DNA of 62,574 nt, counting the filler, from Rhabdomonas costata (taxonomy: Eukaryota), in the NCBI GenBank assembly GCA_019059605.1. It is 36 parts of 36 records of this genome, joined end to end, with 100 filler letters (N's around TTAATTAATTAA, not from the genome) between each part and the next. Parts side by side here need not be neighbours in the genome. Positions count along the whole stretch, not along the records: positions 1 to 1,641 come from JAHMHO010011450.1; positions 1,742 to 3,382 come from JAHMHO010011451.1; positions 3,483 to 5,120 come from JAHMHO010011452.1; positions 5,221 to 6,862 come from JAHMHO010011453.1; positions 6,963 to 8,603 come from JAHMHO010011454.1; positions 8,704 to 10,344 come from JAHMHO010011455.1; positions 10,445 to 12,086 come from JAHMHO010011456.1; positions 12,187 to 13,826 come from JAHMHO010011457.1; 28 more parts are not named here. The stretch is one strand, 5' to 3'. A program made the position numbers and the translations under genes. The notes beneath the pieces are model-generated. The model worked only from the letters and a program-made list of their open reading frames with translations. It was not told the DNA's origin and did not search any database. Positions 1 to 12,988 of this stretch are shown piece after piece. The first letter of the stretch is position 1. Every line of letters begins with the position of its first letter.

Positions 1-12
1 TGTGTGGGTTGT

Positions 13-167
13 GTGTGTACCCCTCTCGACTCGCCTTTGCTTACTCCCTCACAGCCCACTCAGCTGGCTTCGGCTGCGGGGAGGGGCTCCGGGGCGAACT
101 GCGCGGCCGTCACCAGCTGAGTGGGCTGTGAGGGAGTAAGCAAAGGCGAGTCGAGAGGGGTACACAC
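13..167. repeat. Perfect 55-bp inverted repeat with 45-nt loop at a contig start
   Basis: 13-67 is the exact reverse complement of 113-167. Confidence 0.95.
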
Positions 168-730
168 TGCGGGAAGGGAGTCGAATACTCATGGCGGTAA
201 AATGTCTTTGCCCGCACGAACGGGGAGCCGCACAATGGGTCGAAAAGACAACGCCGCGAGTCTCGTGTCGTCACCGAAGGTAAAATCTTGGGGTCCTTAA
301 TTGTTGCCTGCTATTCCTTTGCAACGAATGCGGGGACAACATAGAAACGATTACTTGAAAGCGCACAGAAGTTCACGGCAAGCCACAGGTGAGAAAGAAA
401 ATGGGATCTAAACACTTCCCTGTTGGGGGGTTGACATCCTCCTTGAAAGGATTCAAAAAGACTTACAAGACATGGTCGGGGGCACTGGTCCAGCCATAGG
501 ATCATCCCGCGCATACTGATTAAATCCGCTTATCTTCCGCCGGAGTCCAAGGCGCGAAGAACGAGACAAAGCGACGTTAACTAAATGAGGCGTGGTGGCC
601 ACCAAGTTGTTGCAGAGGTCAAGCCAAAAATCAAGAAAAAAAAAGATCAAGCCACGGTTTGTGGCACAGCAACGCCATCCCATCCCATCTCCCCTCACTG
701 TGTCCCCGCCGAATCCAGCCTTTCACAGAC

Positions 731-1641
731 CTTGCAAAAATACTCCATCAGGGCGGTCCACAGCCAGGTCTCATGGTCCCAGCGCCACACTGTTACCTTG
801 AAGCCTCCGGTGGCGCCCCGCGTCACGGTCACGGAGGCCAGCAAGGGCCAAGGCTCCGGGCCCCAGCAGACGTGCGTGACCATCAGAGAGGGATCAATCT
901 AAGGCACACAGGTGATGGTCGTTCAGTGAACAGCGGTGGAAAGCAAAGCGGGCGGAAAATGGACTATTGACGCAATGATACAGCAGGCACAAATCCCGTG
1001 TATGGCAGAGAGGCACAAATGACTCGTACAATAATTATTCACAATCGAGGCGTGGTACCACGCAGTCAGATAGACGGGAATTATTCCGAATGCGGATTAC
1101 GTCATTCTGACGCACAGGCACACGCGCATGCTTGAAAGATGGCAACAGCAACTCAAAAAATAACACCCAACCACCCACACGCACACAGAAGAGCACAGGG
1201 CAAAACACGGTGCGCAGTGCACGTACGTCTGGATTCAGGAAGGACGCGGGTCGGTTGGTGGGGGTGTCCAACAAGGGGTCTCCGGATAGCCGGAAAATGT
1301 TCAGCACGCGCGGGCCGCCGCCCACAGCCAGGTAGCCCGAGCTCAAGCTCCGCGCCACACAGTCAATCGCATCCTGTGGCCACAACAGCCCACTTCAGGC
1401 GAATCCGCGGAGAGGCCCTCACCCCCATCGGACACAGAAACTGCGCATGCATACATGACAAATACAGTGGCAAGCGCAGTTTTTTTTTACACACACTTTG
1501 TACCATGAAATGACAAACTGAAAAAAGGCCCGCGCACCATCGTTGGTGGAGGTGGCGGCTCGGGGGCAACCCTGACCTCCTGCACCACCAGCATCTCGTA
1601 GGTGAACTCCAGGGGGCTGGGCCTGTGGTTGGCCTGCCGCG
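731..1641 (-). CDS. Partial spliced gene, probable WD40/beta-propeller protein
   Basis: Phase-0 GT-AG exons 1641-1538, 1373-1227 and 898-731 join in frame: ...PPTM|DAIDCVARSLSSGYLAVGGGPRVLNIFRL...NPD|IDPSLMVTHVCWGPEPWPLLASV...FKVTVWRWD. The blade pattern is WD-like; no specific family recognised. Confidence 0.55.
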
Positions 1642-1741
1642 NNNNNNNNNNNNNNNNNNNNNNNNNNNNNNNNNNNNNNNNNNNNTTAATTAATTAANNN
1701 NNNNNNNNNNNNNNNNNNNNNNNNNNNNNNNNNNNNNNNNN
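1642..1741. other. Artificial contig-joining linker (first of 35)
   Basis: N-run + TTAATTAATTAA (stops in all six frames) + N-run recurs about every 1740 bp. The flanking contigs are unrelated. Confidence 0.98.
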
Positions 1742-4700
1742 GTGTTTTGTTGATAACGCGGGCCGTTAATGGCGACAGTGCTTATCCAGTTTGTAAAAAA
1801 TGCAATTGGGCCTCTTCGGTCAGATGCTGCATCACACTGGGACCATTCGTGCATTGTTTGCACATCAATCCGTCCTTTCATAGAGACCCCCATCAAAGGA
1901 TATCCAAAAACAGCACTGTTGGACTTGGAAGCCCACGATTAGTCGAAATTTTGATCTTAAGGTTAATGACAGTAAAAGATAAATCCAGCACTTCCTAGCG
2001 TACGTAGTGCCTGGTGTTGGGGCCGAATTGATCCACATTAATTTGCACTATGTCCTTGTTACTGGGCATATAGGTGATCTCTCTTCATGGAACCATTTAT
2101 TGTGGCCGACTGCTGGTAGGACCGTGTTCCCTCATTGATTGCTTTCAAGTTATCGCCGACTAGGACGCCTCCACCGCTACCTTTTACCACCAATAAAAGG
2201 CGTATATTGTCAAGGACTGAAAAAGCGACCATCAGGAATTACTGGCGCTTTTTGGAGCCGTATACCGCAAACTCTTCTTTTGTGGACTTTCCACATCACG
2301 TGAATTCGCAGCGAACATCAGTGCAAAGCTGGTGCACTTGACTGCAGCGGACGTTTTGGTGAATCTCCAGTGGAGTCGGATCTGGCGCCGGAACGCCTCT
2401 TACACAAGTCTGTGTTCTTCTTTCCGTGGATGCGGAAACATATGACCGAGCACATGAACCCTTGCGACGTCAGCACGCCAAGTCTGTCCATCGCAAGGCA
2501 CGTGAACAAACTTAAAATTTGCGGTTCATTTGGATGGATAGGATCTTAGACCTCACAAAAGTGCTTTGAGATGGTAGGATGTTTGAATAGGTATAGGTAG
2601 CGACTGACAGGGCAACAAGATGGCCCATTTCATCCACACATGAATTGAAGCTTCTGTTGTAGATACTGACGCCCCAGTTTACCCACTACATTGCGAAGTA
2701 CGACAGAATGCCAATATCAGTCATCTAGCTTCATATGGCCTTCTTGGTGCAATTGCGGTTGGAGCTGAACATCCACAATCAGGCCGTCAAGTGCACTTCA
2801 CCAACAAAACAACGGTAAAACCCAGCGGATGAATGCTACCATTAAGTAATTTCGATCTACGAGAAACGGAAGTAGTTGGATGTTTTGGACAGCTACAACG
2901 CTTCACTTGCAAAGTGTGACTATTTCCCATACTTTCTGAGCTATGTCTTCCACACCACGTTCTACCACGACATGCTTCATTTCCGTGGCAGCTCAGAATA
3001 CGAAAAGAGCACCAGCAGCAGTTTTTGAATGACCCGATGGCCTGATGGCATTTCCAGCAGAATCAGGAACTCGCCTTTGAGCGTGCCAACCTTGGACATG
3101 TTGAACACATGTTGTTTCAAAATGGAGATATTGTTTTTTTGATCGCCTGGTTTCAAGAAATTCCATGATTTATTCCAATATTTGGTATAATGTTTATTAA
3201 ACGGAAACCATCATTAAAAAATGGAAACCATCTTTGTTCGCGCAAAAACGTTTGAGGAGCAATGTTCGAATGCGGAACGGAAAAAGAGAACTGATGATTG
3301 GTGGGGTAGGTTCTTATCAAAAAAGGTGCCGGGGCGGGCCGTTGAGAATGGGGGTGGTAGTGCGGCTATGGCACCCCACCCCNNNNNNNNNNNNNNNNNN
3401 NNNNNNNNNNNNNNNNNNNNNNNNNNTTAATTAATTAANNNNNNNNNNNNNNNNNNNNNNNNNNNNNNNNNNNNNNNNNNNNTTTTTTGATGGGTGGGAG
3501 GGTCGTTGAACGTATTGCACCACTTAACGTTTAGCGCTGGCCCCCCTCCTCCCCCGGAAATTTGCAATTGTCCCCGAAATCTGCCAGCGTCGGGCTGAGG
3601 ACAGCGCTGCTTCAGCTCTATGCTTGTGGGAGTACTCGCGCACACACGCCCGTCAATGTCCCAAGTTCATGGTGCCTCAGAAAAAGTAACAAGGACGCCT
3701 CCGCCGCGGCAACGGCAGAGGCGACAGCAGTGGCAGCATGACACCGAGACCAACACAAGCCCAGCTTATCAGCGTAACAGGTCACGCTCAGCGTGGGGCA
3801 TGTGGGATAGCTTCCAGAGACTCCAAGAAATTAGTGGCAATGAGCCGGTTTCCTGTGGCACCGCTGCGGCAGAGGACCACACACAAGCCTGAAGTATATG
3901 GGGCAGCCACCGGACACTCTGACCACGAAGTTAGTGGCAGTGAGGCGGTACCTCGTGGCACTCATGGGAGATGAGCGCCATATGGTGATCAGCGATATGT
4001 GTTACACCAGCCACCTGACTCCAGGCACAAACGCAGCTCTCAGAAGACCGGGGATCATCAGGAGCCCAAAACATCTAGTACCCTTTTTGCGCTCAACGAG
4101 CACGCATACACACTGATTTGGATGTAAAGGACAAACATTGGTACAAATACTGTCAGGCACTGAAATCGGCTCGAATCCAAATTACGGTGTAACAATGACA
4201 CGCTGGTCTCGATTGGGCGTTACCCCAACCAGGGCTTTCCCTGTGGGACATGGGGGCCAGGTGCCCGGTTGGGCAAATCAGTTGCCTCGGCGCGCTTAAA
4301 TTGCCGGAGTGTCGTTCGGTGGAAAAACTTTGGATGGCTGCTGGGAAAGTACACGCATGCACACACAAAAAGGGAACGACCTCTGAACGGGCTGAGCAAC
4401 TTCATGCCCTATGCGCGAGTGCTGCTGTACTTCTGGGACGTAGCTTGATCTTGATCTGGGTTTTTAACCGCACTTCAAAATTTAGATCCAAAATTCTTCC
4501 AGCACGGGATTGAAATGACCTCCAGCTGCATTTTTGACTTCGTTGGCTTCCGCTACGCTACCACTCCATCTCCACAGACGTGCACACGTGCACACAACCG
4601 CCAGTTTCCAAAAGGTACAGCCACAAAAATTCACAATAGTGGCAAAAGTGCCACGTTATTCTGCTTGAACGAAGTTCAGCACGAAGCATCCGGTTGGGGA

Positions 4701-5221
4701 GACGGATCGCAAAGAGCAACGACACAACCAGCTTTCATACCCGCAGTGGCCAAGACTTCCGCCTCGTCGATCTTATACACAAGCCCTGCACACGAAACGA
4801 AAGTGCCAATGCAAACTCTCATCCCAAGCTAGGTCCAAGGAATATTGATTTGAGACAGAAACGAAGAAAAACCTCGAACATGGATCTTCCCGCCGTGGCT
4901 TTTTCATTGGCATGGGTTAAGCTCCTTTTGCTTGCACGTGGCCCAATGTCAAACACATCTTTTTACGGAGCTCGTCGATCAGCAATAGATGCACAACACC
5001 GTACTCATCGAGGCACATACCGACGCTGAGTTCCGGAAGACAAGAGAAGCCCGCGATGACGGGCTTCGAGCGGTAGTCCGGAGCCTCCACACTGCCGGTC
5101 TGGCACTCCACCGCGGCCTTNNNNNNNNNNNNNNNNNNNNNNNNNNNNNNNNNNNNNNNNNNNNTTAATTAATTAANNNNNNNNNNNNNNNNNNNNNNNN
5201 NNNNNNNNNNNNNNNNNNNNA

Positions 5222-6862
5222 AAGCAAAGCCAATCAGCCTCAAAGCCCAACCGAGCCGGAGAGCAAGCCGAAACGCCTCGGGCGAAGCGAGAGTTCGTTC
5301 TGGACGTGCGGCCGCTCCCCATTCCCGAGCCGTACGACAAGCACGACCCGCACCCCTCCCGCAACCGGCGGCACCAGGACGAGTGGACCTGGCCCGCCTG
5401 GAGAGAGTGGCTTCTGGCCCTTGCTGGTCGCAAGTGGAACAAGAGCTCCATTCGAAAGGTGCTGGCCCTCAGAGACGCAGACCCTGCCAACGGTACCACG
5501 GACTTCAAAGACACCACCAAGCAGTGGAATGTCAAGGGCTGGATTTACGCCCTCTTCCACTTCTCTTCGGGCCGCTGGTACGTCGGGCAGACGGTGCGGA
5601 ATTACTGGGTCCGCGCCAAGGAGCATTGGGACCAGCGCAAACAGCTCACCGATGTCTTGCACAATGCGCTTGCCAATGAGACCGCCCCTTTCTCCTATGC
5701 AGTCTTTCCCCTGGAAAAGATCGATGGGACCCTGTACCAGTGCGAATCGTGGGACGCCACCAAGAAAGCGTTTAAGCACTACGCAGATCCCCGAGAGAGA
5801 TACTGGGTGGGCCGCCTCAACACGTTGTGGCCCCACGGCTTCAATTCGGCGGTCCCGGGGAGACCCGTCTCGGCCTGGGTGATGCGACGGTGGCGCGTCC
5901 CCCAGAGAGACTGTATGGAGCTGGTACCAGAAGAGGATGACGAAGTGGGGCGACAAGTCCAGACCTGGCTCAACCGGCTGAAGTCGGAGGGGGCAGCGGC
6001 CCTGCAGGAGCTGAGGTCCTGGAACAAAGACAAGCTGCGAGAGACGCTTGATTGGATTCAAGCGAACGTGCCAGCCAGGGAGAGGAAGGCGAACTTGATC
6101 TCGGTGGAAACGGCCATCATCGACGAACTCAAGGGGCGCCGATCTCCTCCCAGGAACAGGCACTTCCTGAAGTTCGATTTCGGCCACAAGGACGCCTGTC
6201 ACCTTCTCCTCCGCAATGTCCTGCGCGACCCGGATGTATACATAAAACATCCAGAACCTGAGGTCGGGGCGGCCATCATGGTTTGCGACAGGTTTCGGCC
6301 GCAGTGGCAGGCCATCCTCAGCAACTATGCCAAGGCCGCCCAGGAACTGGACCTTTCCAAAGCTCTGAAAGATGATCTGAAAGATTGCAAGTGCAGCAGC
6401 TGCCTGTTCAAGCCCGAGGCGGCCTGCCTCAATGAGTTCGGCCACGTCAACACCATTGACACCAACAACCTCAAGTGGCCCTATCTCCGGACGATAGCAG
6501 AGAGGGGCCGCAAGTTCCGCCTTCAGGGGGATATCGACCAAGTCTTCTCGGACCTGAAGATCTCCCTGGACTCTTACGTCAGCTGGTGCGCTCGGAGTAA
6601 CCCCACGCGTCTCACAAAGCTCGAGGACTGGGCGGATGCGGTATACGCAGCTTGCAAGAAGAACTGGGCCAGAAAGGCGCAAGATGGCACTCACCGCCCT
6701 GAGCCGCAAGGTTTCCCTGGCTTAGGGGCTGCAATTCGGGAAGCGCATGAGCATCTGGTTTTCCTGCTGGATGACAGGGCTCCCCATGGCATGGTGGTCG
6801 TCTGCAAGCGCTGGTACCAACAAGAAATGGCCAGGTACCTCTCGGACAACAAGGTCTTCGAG
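5222..6862 (+). mobile_element. Penelope-like retroelement ORF (partial): N-terminal GIY-YIG endonuclease followed by the start of the RT region (Naiad/Chlamys-type order)
   Basis: Intronless frame open across the whole contig. GIY-YIG motifs GWIY...WYVGQT..NYWVRAKEH and RERYWVGRLNTLWPHGFN (about 5537-5845), then CKCSSC...FGHV...LRTIAERGRKFR, then LDDRAPHGMVVVCKRWY...LSDNKVFE, which matches the PLE pre-RT DK(G/A) motif region. Confidence 0.8.
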
Positions 6863-9280
6863 NNNNNNNNNNNNNNNNNNNNNNNNNNNNNNNNNNNNNN
6901 NNNNNNTTAATTAATTAANNNNNNNNNNNNNNNNNNNNNNNNNNNNNNNNNNNNNNNNNNNNGGTGTGGTGTGGGTAGAAGTCGTAAAGCAATGGTTAGC
7001 CAGGAAACTTGGCAAGAACGTACGCAAGTGCAGGTGAAAGGTGGAAAACGAGGCGAAGAGAGGAGAATCTAGTTGAATTGGTACGGAGAAGGTGGGATGG
7101 AGAGGCCAGTTGAGACTGGCACTAGAAGGAAGGGACAAGTAGGGCCAACCCTCGCGACAATTGACGTTTGCGGTGTTGGAGGGGGAGGCGGTATAGTTCG
7201 AGGCTACCCGTCTAACCATACCGGAAGTAGCGCTTGCCTGTGGCGGAAAAATGAGGAGCATGTAGTGATATTTTGAACATGGAAAAGGATTACTCTAAAA
7301 ATGGCAGCAACCTCGAAATCTAGACTGAAGTGCAAGGGGGTTTGGAAAACTGCGCTTCGGGCGAGTTAGCCAACCAAAATTGCTGCTGGCTAAGGAATAC
7401 CATGTTACCAGGAGATGGACGAATGAGTGGGACTGCATTGGTTTTGGGGCAAAGGAGGAAAGGCTGCAACCACAGTTAAGGGCTAATACCCCCCTTCTAG
7501 TTGAATTGCAGCCAAGATAAAGGAGTTCTTCATACAAGGTCAATGCCACCCGCCCCAAGCCGAGTTGCCAGCGCAAGCAGACTGCTGATCAGCTGTGTCT
7601 TCAGAGTAGAACTGAGGTGTTGTCCCACCCGCTAGGCTGGGCAAGGTCTTCACCCGCGCGGCATGGGCTTCACAAGTCCTTCACAAGGGTCTCGAACATA
7701 GAACGGGTGCACGAAGGATACAAGGAGACGAAGGGCCGAAAACAGCAGAGCTTGTTTACCTGGAATGCACTCGGGCGGAACCCCCAGCGTGAGGGGACAG
7801 GCACACGAACCAAAACCACCACACTTCCACAGAGTTTCAGAAGACACGAAAGGGGCATAATGGGGCTCAACAGCGTAAAACATCTTTCTTTCTTTTGGCG
7901 TTTTTGCACAGCGGATATACAACTGATACAACTGGCCTGATGCTTAGACAGAACTGTCAAGCGGCAGCACGTACCACACACAACGATCACAAGGCATTGT
8001 TTTGGTGGCACGCATCACACACACACACACAAGAAGAAACGTTGCAGAGAGCGAAAAAGAAATAAGCTATAGTAATCGTACATACATCAACATCAACATG
8101 ATGAGGGGTCTAGATGCCAGAAAGGGACGCACCGATGCAGGGGAAGGTTTCGGGTACCTTAAAGGTCTCTGTTTGCCCGGAAACTTCTTGCAGCCCTTGT
8201 ATGTGTGCGCACACGAGGAAGGTCTGCAGGAAAAGGAGAAGGTAGCAATATGATAATACATAGACGGCGTATCGAATTTTGGCAGAGATAGAGAGAGGCG
8301 TGTGCGTGTGTGCTACGCAGCCGATGAACGAAAACCCAGGAGAACGATATTGCCGAAAAAACGAGCAGCGCTCTCCCGTTCCCAACGCAGGGTTAAGTTC
8401 TTCACTTCGCACTGCCACTCTTCTACCCTGACCAAGACCAAAGGTATAAAAAAAGAGAGGAAGCGGGAAGGTGCACAGGGGAGACAATGCATTATGCCGG
8501 ATTCCAAAAAGAGGCATGCAAGTGGTCCAAGACACAAGCTCAGTCAAGTACCAACCAAGAACGCCTAGATTCGGAAAACACGCCACAGCACCACACACCA
8601 CACNNNNNNNNNNNNNNNNNNNNNNNNNNNNNNNNNNNNNNNNNNNNTTAATTAATTAANNNNNNNNNNNNNNNNNNNNNNNNNNNNNNNNNNNNNNNNN
8701 NNNGGGTGTGTGGCTGTGCAGGCTCGGTATGCAGGCCTGCAAAGGTCCAAAAAGTGCTCCCCATGCTTTGGAAATGCGGAAAGTCGAAAATGTCCTAAGA
8801 AGGGTCCCAAATACCCACAAAATGCCCCAGATCTCGGCGTAGAGAACGACTCCGAGGCCAGGAAGCGGCCAACCAACTCATCTGTGGAGTGCCACCATCC
8901 CACCAAATATGCGCTCCAACCCTTGCTCAAGGTATGAGGTACATGTTAGGTCTCCGGCTCCGCTCCAGCTCCAGTCCGGTCCAGGGAGCCTGGATGAGGT
9001 CACCCAGTCTTTACGAGTGAGGTTCAAGCCTCGACTTCAATGAGGTACCCCTGCCCCCATTCTTGAGGGAGCCCGGACGCCCTGCACGCCTCCCAGGCCC
9101 GTATGTGAAGGCTAGATGGGTGCCTGGGGACCCCCCCCCCTGAACACCAAAAAGAGAAATACTTGTCAAGCTTATAATTGCATTCCAGGGGAACGTGGCA
9201 TTCAGGGGTTTTGGTTCAGGCCGCCGCGCAAGCCCATACGCGAGTGCAAGTAACCTGTGCAGAAAGTCCCCGAGAGTCTA

Positions 9281-10313
9281 CAACGTTTGTCAAATTGTGG
9301 GCCACCCCAATTGTTGAACCCCCGTTTTCCCTGGTATCAATGTTGGGAGGCAACGGCAACTCGCAAAATCCAACATTCACTCGGGAAGGGGGTCTGAGAC
9401 CTTGGATTCATTTTCTTTTGACAAACGTCGTGTACTTGAGGGAAACTAAGATACTGGCACACTCAAAGAGATACTGAGATTCGACTTTTGTTTTCCTTTC
9501 TTTTCAGCCGGTCCACCACACGGCAGTGGAAGGAGGGCCTTCCAGGCTGATTGAGGGACTTTAATGCTCAGTGTGCGAGTTTGGGGGGTTAGTTCTTCTG
9601 AATGAAATGACCACTGTTCTCAGAATTCCAACAGCATCAAATGGTAAAACAAACATTTTGGCCGCTTATGAATTGTTTTTAGCGGGTTAAAAATTGCTTA
9701 TGTCGTTCCCACCTATTGCAAAGCACTTGCTTTAAGGGATCTACTCTTTTGAAATGTCTTCAATTAGCTGTAATATGCGGTTCTAGAGATGGCTTCTGCA
9801 GTATTTAAACGGCAGAATGCCTTTCATAAGCGGCAAAAAGTATTCTGCCACTGAAAGAATAGTTGGGCAACGTTTTCTGGAACATAGAAGCTGGAATGGG
9901 TCTAATTCGACCCATTTTGACCTTTTGTGAGGCCTTTCCGTGGGAGTTGATGCCTTGAAAAGGTTCGCTTTTTTCAACCTGAATCACGTTACTATAAGAT
10001 TTACACACTAGGAAAATGATCCAAAAAGCATTAATTGGTAAAAACCAAACATTTATCCGCTTATAAATTTCTCGGCGGCTTAAAGCTCTGCTTAAGCAGG
10101 TTCCAGCCCCAGAGCCAAGCACTTGGATCTGGATTTTCAGCCTGTGTGAAGCTACTAGTACCGTTTTTATGGGAGGGGAACTAAAGGTTTACTGTGTTTT
10201 TGTCAAGTGCTCAGTCGCACTCTGTATTTCTTGTTTGTTGTTGAAACGCAACGTTTGCCAAATTGTGGGCCACCCCCATCTAGTGAACCCCCCGTTTTCC
10301 CCGGTATCAATGT
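9281..10313 (+). repeat. Imperfect ~65-bp direct repeat pair
   Basis: CAACGTTTG.CAAATTGTGGGCCACCCC...GAACCCCCGTTTTCCC.GGTATCAATGT at 9281-9343 and 10249-10313. Confidence 0.8.
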
Positions 10314-12988
10314 AACTCGCAGCATCCAACACACCCAAAACCACNNNNNNNNNNNNNNNNNNNNNNNNNNNNNNNNNNNNNNNNNNNNTTAATTAATTAA
10401 NNNNNNNNNNNNNNNNNNNNNNNNNNNNNNNNNNNNNNNNNNNNCAGGTTTGGGGGGGGGGACGTCGAACAGTTGTTGTCACCGCTTTGAGCTTGATGGT
10501 TGCTGTGAGCCCGGGTGAGGCTTTGGGAATTGCACTTGCGGGGCAACGGAGAAACAAATGCGCGAATTCTGGGAGGAGTCGGCTTTGCTCTTCTTGTGCT
10601 CCGCTGACCGGTCAATCTTGCAGGGACCATGTCGCAGCCCTTCTGGCCACGCTCCGGTGTCTTCCTCGTGCCAGCGCCTCCCTTCCAGTTAGGCGGACAC
10701 AAGGTTTTCCCAGAAAGCCCTCCCGGCACAGTGTGGAAAGGCCATCGAGGCTGCTGCGGCTTTTCTCGTGCCATCGTCGCCCCTCGCCTGGACAACCCCA
10801 GCCCGAAATTACGGGCACCCAAGCACCTGGTTTAATGCAATAAGGCTTTTGCAGCACCGTGTGCTAGGGTGTGCTAGGGCACCGTCTTTGTTTCGCCATG
10901 TCGAGCACCCTCTAGCGGCGAGCCAAAGGTAGAGCAGGATGCACTGTATACATGAAAGGCCCTCTTGGATCCCTCTCCTGCTATTCTTTGCGCCGAGCGC
11001 GTTTTCCGTCTTCTTCTTCTTTTTTTTTTCTCGATCATTTGCTTCAGGTGGTCAATATCACATGTGCCTAAGTGGACAGTGTAATAGTTGAACCGAAGGG
11101 CTAGCAGAGGATGGCTACTTTTCGACCTCGTCACGGTCATGGCAAGGGTCTGGGTCTTTCCAACTCCCAAACCAGCAGCCGTGTCCTGGAATTCTGACCC
11201 TTTCAAATGCCATATGTACTCCATCAACATCTGAACAAACATTCGCGAGCTACTTGTACAGCCTCTCATCCTGCCTGCAGTCCGGCATCTTTCACTACTT
11301 CTTGAGGGTCTTCGTGCAAACCAAAAGGAATGCAGCGGGAACGAACCCCCTTACTCCGCTTCATTCCCATTCACCTTCCCGAAGTATACATACACGCGGG
11401 TAGGCGTATGCTACTTGGTCGTGCTCATATACTGTGCTTTTCATTCGGTGAGCTCCGCTCCCTCTGTGTGCAGCTCTGGCCGCTCGCTAATAGCTGACTC
11501 ACAACAAACAAAGAATACGCGAGTGGAAAGGGAAGGGACCGCGGTGGAACTCGAAGAAGATGCGAACACGTTGAACAAATAAACAAGCAAACCAGCAAAC
11601 AAGCAAACAAACCAAAACCCCACCAACCAACCTGCGAACTCACTTACAGGCTGTCGTTTACAATGAGAGATGGGGGGAGGTCGGGGGCTTTACGGGTCCA
11701 TCTCCACCGGTCAAGAGTCCGGCTCATCGCCGGGAAATGGTGATCCCCGAGCGAAAAAAAAATAGGGCCACTTTATCCCCGATACACTGAAGCGATAAGG
11801 TCACGATGATAGGGCGTGGAAGTTAGCAGGGATATTATGCAACAGTTGTCTGGAAGAGACAACTCTTATCAAATCGAAGCTTTCTGAAGTCAAACCCGCG
11901 CGGTAGCCTTTCCAACGCGCACAGGCCCCCGGCCTGTGCATAAGCTGCCCCTAGCTGCGGAGCCACCGCTTTGCGGAGCGCGACTGTGATTTTCTGCCAG
12001 CATTGTTGTTGGAGTTGACCTGGAAACCTCGTGTCGCTCGAAGCGCTTCGCGTACCGCGCTCCGAAAGTGTCTGCAACCCAAAACCNNNNNNNNNNNNNN
12101 NNNNNNNNNNNNNNNNNNNNNNNNNNNNNNTTAATTAATTAANNNNNNNNNNNNNNNNNNNNNNNNNNNNNNNNNNNNNNNNNNNNCAGCAAGACTTCGA
12201 GATGACATTCCGCAACTATCCGTTTAACAGCCCCGGGGCGCCCGCGAAGGGCATGGCCCCTGAGCCGCAGCAAATGAAGTAAAGGTAATCCCGAGGACGT
12301 GAGCGCTTGGCGCCTCGCCTCCTGTTTTAGCTGCCCATAACCCTCGAAAAGAAAAGAAAAGAGAAGAGAAGCAGCAGGGCGATTGAGAAGAGCACTCCTG
12401 CGCGCGTTTTTCTTTTGGTTGGTGTACTTTACCTGCGAAGTCCCTGTGTTTCATTTGCAAGGTGTCCATGTTTTCCCATCGCTATCTTTTGGCATCCCCA
12501 GAACGCCGATTTCTCCCTCCTTTGCTTTCATGGTGTGGCAGCCTTCCCACACACGCATGCTTGCTGCACCGCTTGTCGCTGGGGCTTGCCTTGTAACTGA
12601 TACTGCGCTGAAAGGTTCCTCGCTGAATGGGTGGTTTGTTCTGAGTAACTGGAGTTCTTTGAGCCTTGGGGGTGACACTCTTGGCAACGGAGGAAGGGCG
12701 TGTCCAGGGCGTGTCCAGGTCAGAGGATAAGCTTCGAATGGGAGTGAGGCGGACAATATAACGAGATGGGTCGGGCTCTATTTTTTTTTCCTGTTTGCGC
12801 TGGTTTGCATTAGATGAGATTCATTTTGATTCTTTTGTGAGTGCGTCAGAATCGTGTTCACACCAACTCTCTCTTCTGCCGTTTGACTGCATACAATCCG
12901 TCGTGCTCGCAGTGGCCCTGTAGCTCATCAAACCTGTTTTTTGGGTTTCATCTCCCGGTTTGTTGCTTTGTTCTCGGGGAGTGCGAGG

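Noticed and set aside
5240-6709. 489-aa antisense ORF
   Set aside because: It is the shadow of the GC3-rich retroelement ORF on the opposite strand and has no motifs.
10612-11275. Possible two-exon gene with a GC donor
   Set aside because: There is no recognisable protein to anchor the frame, so the splice model is unsupported.
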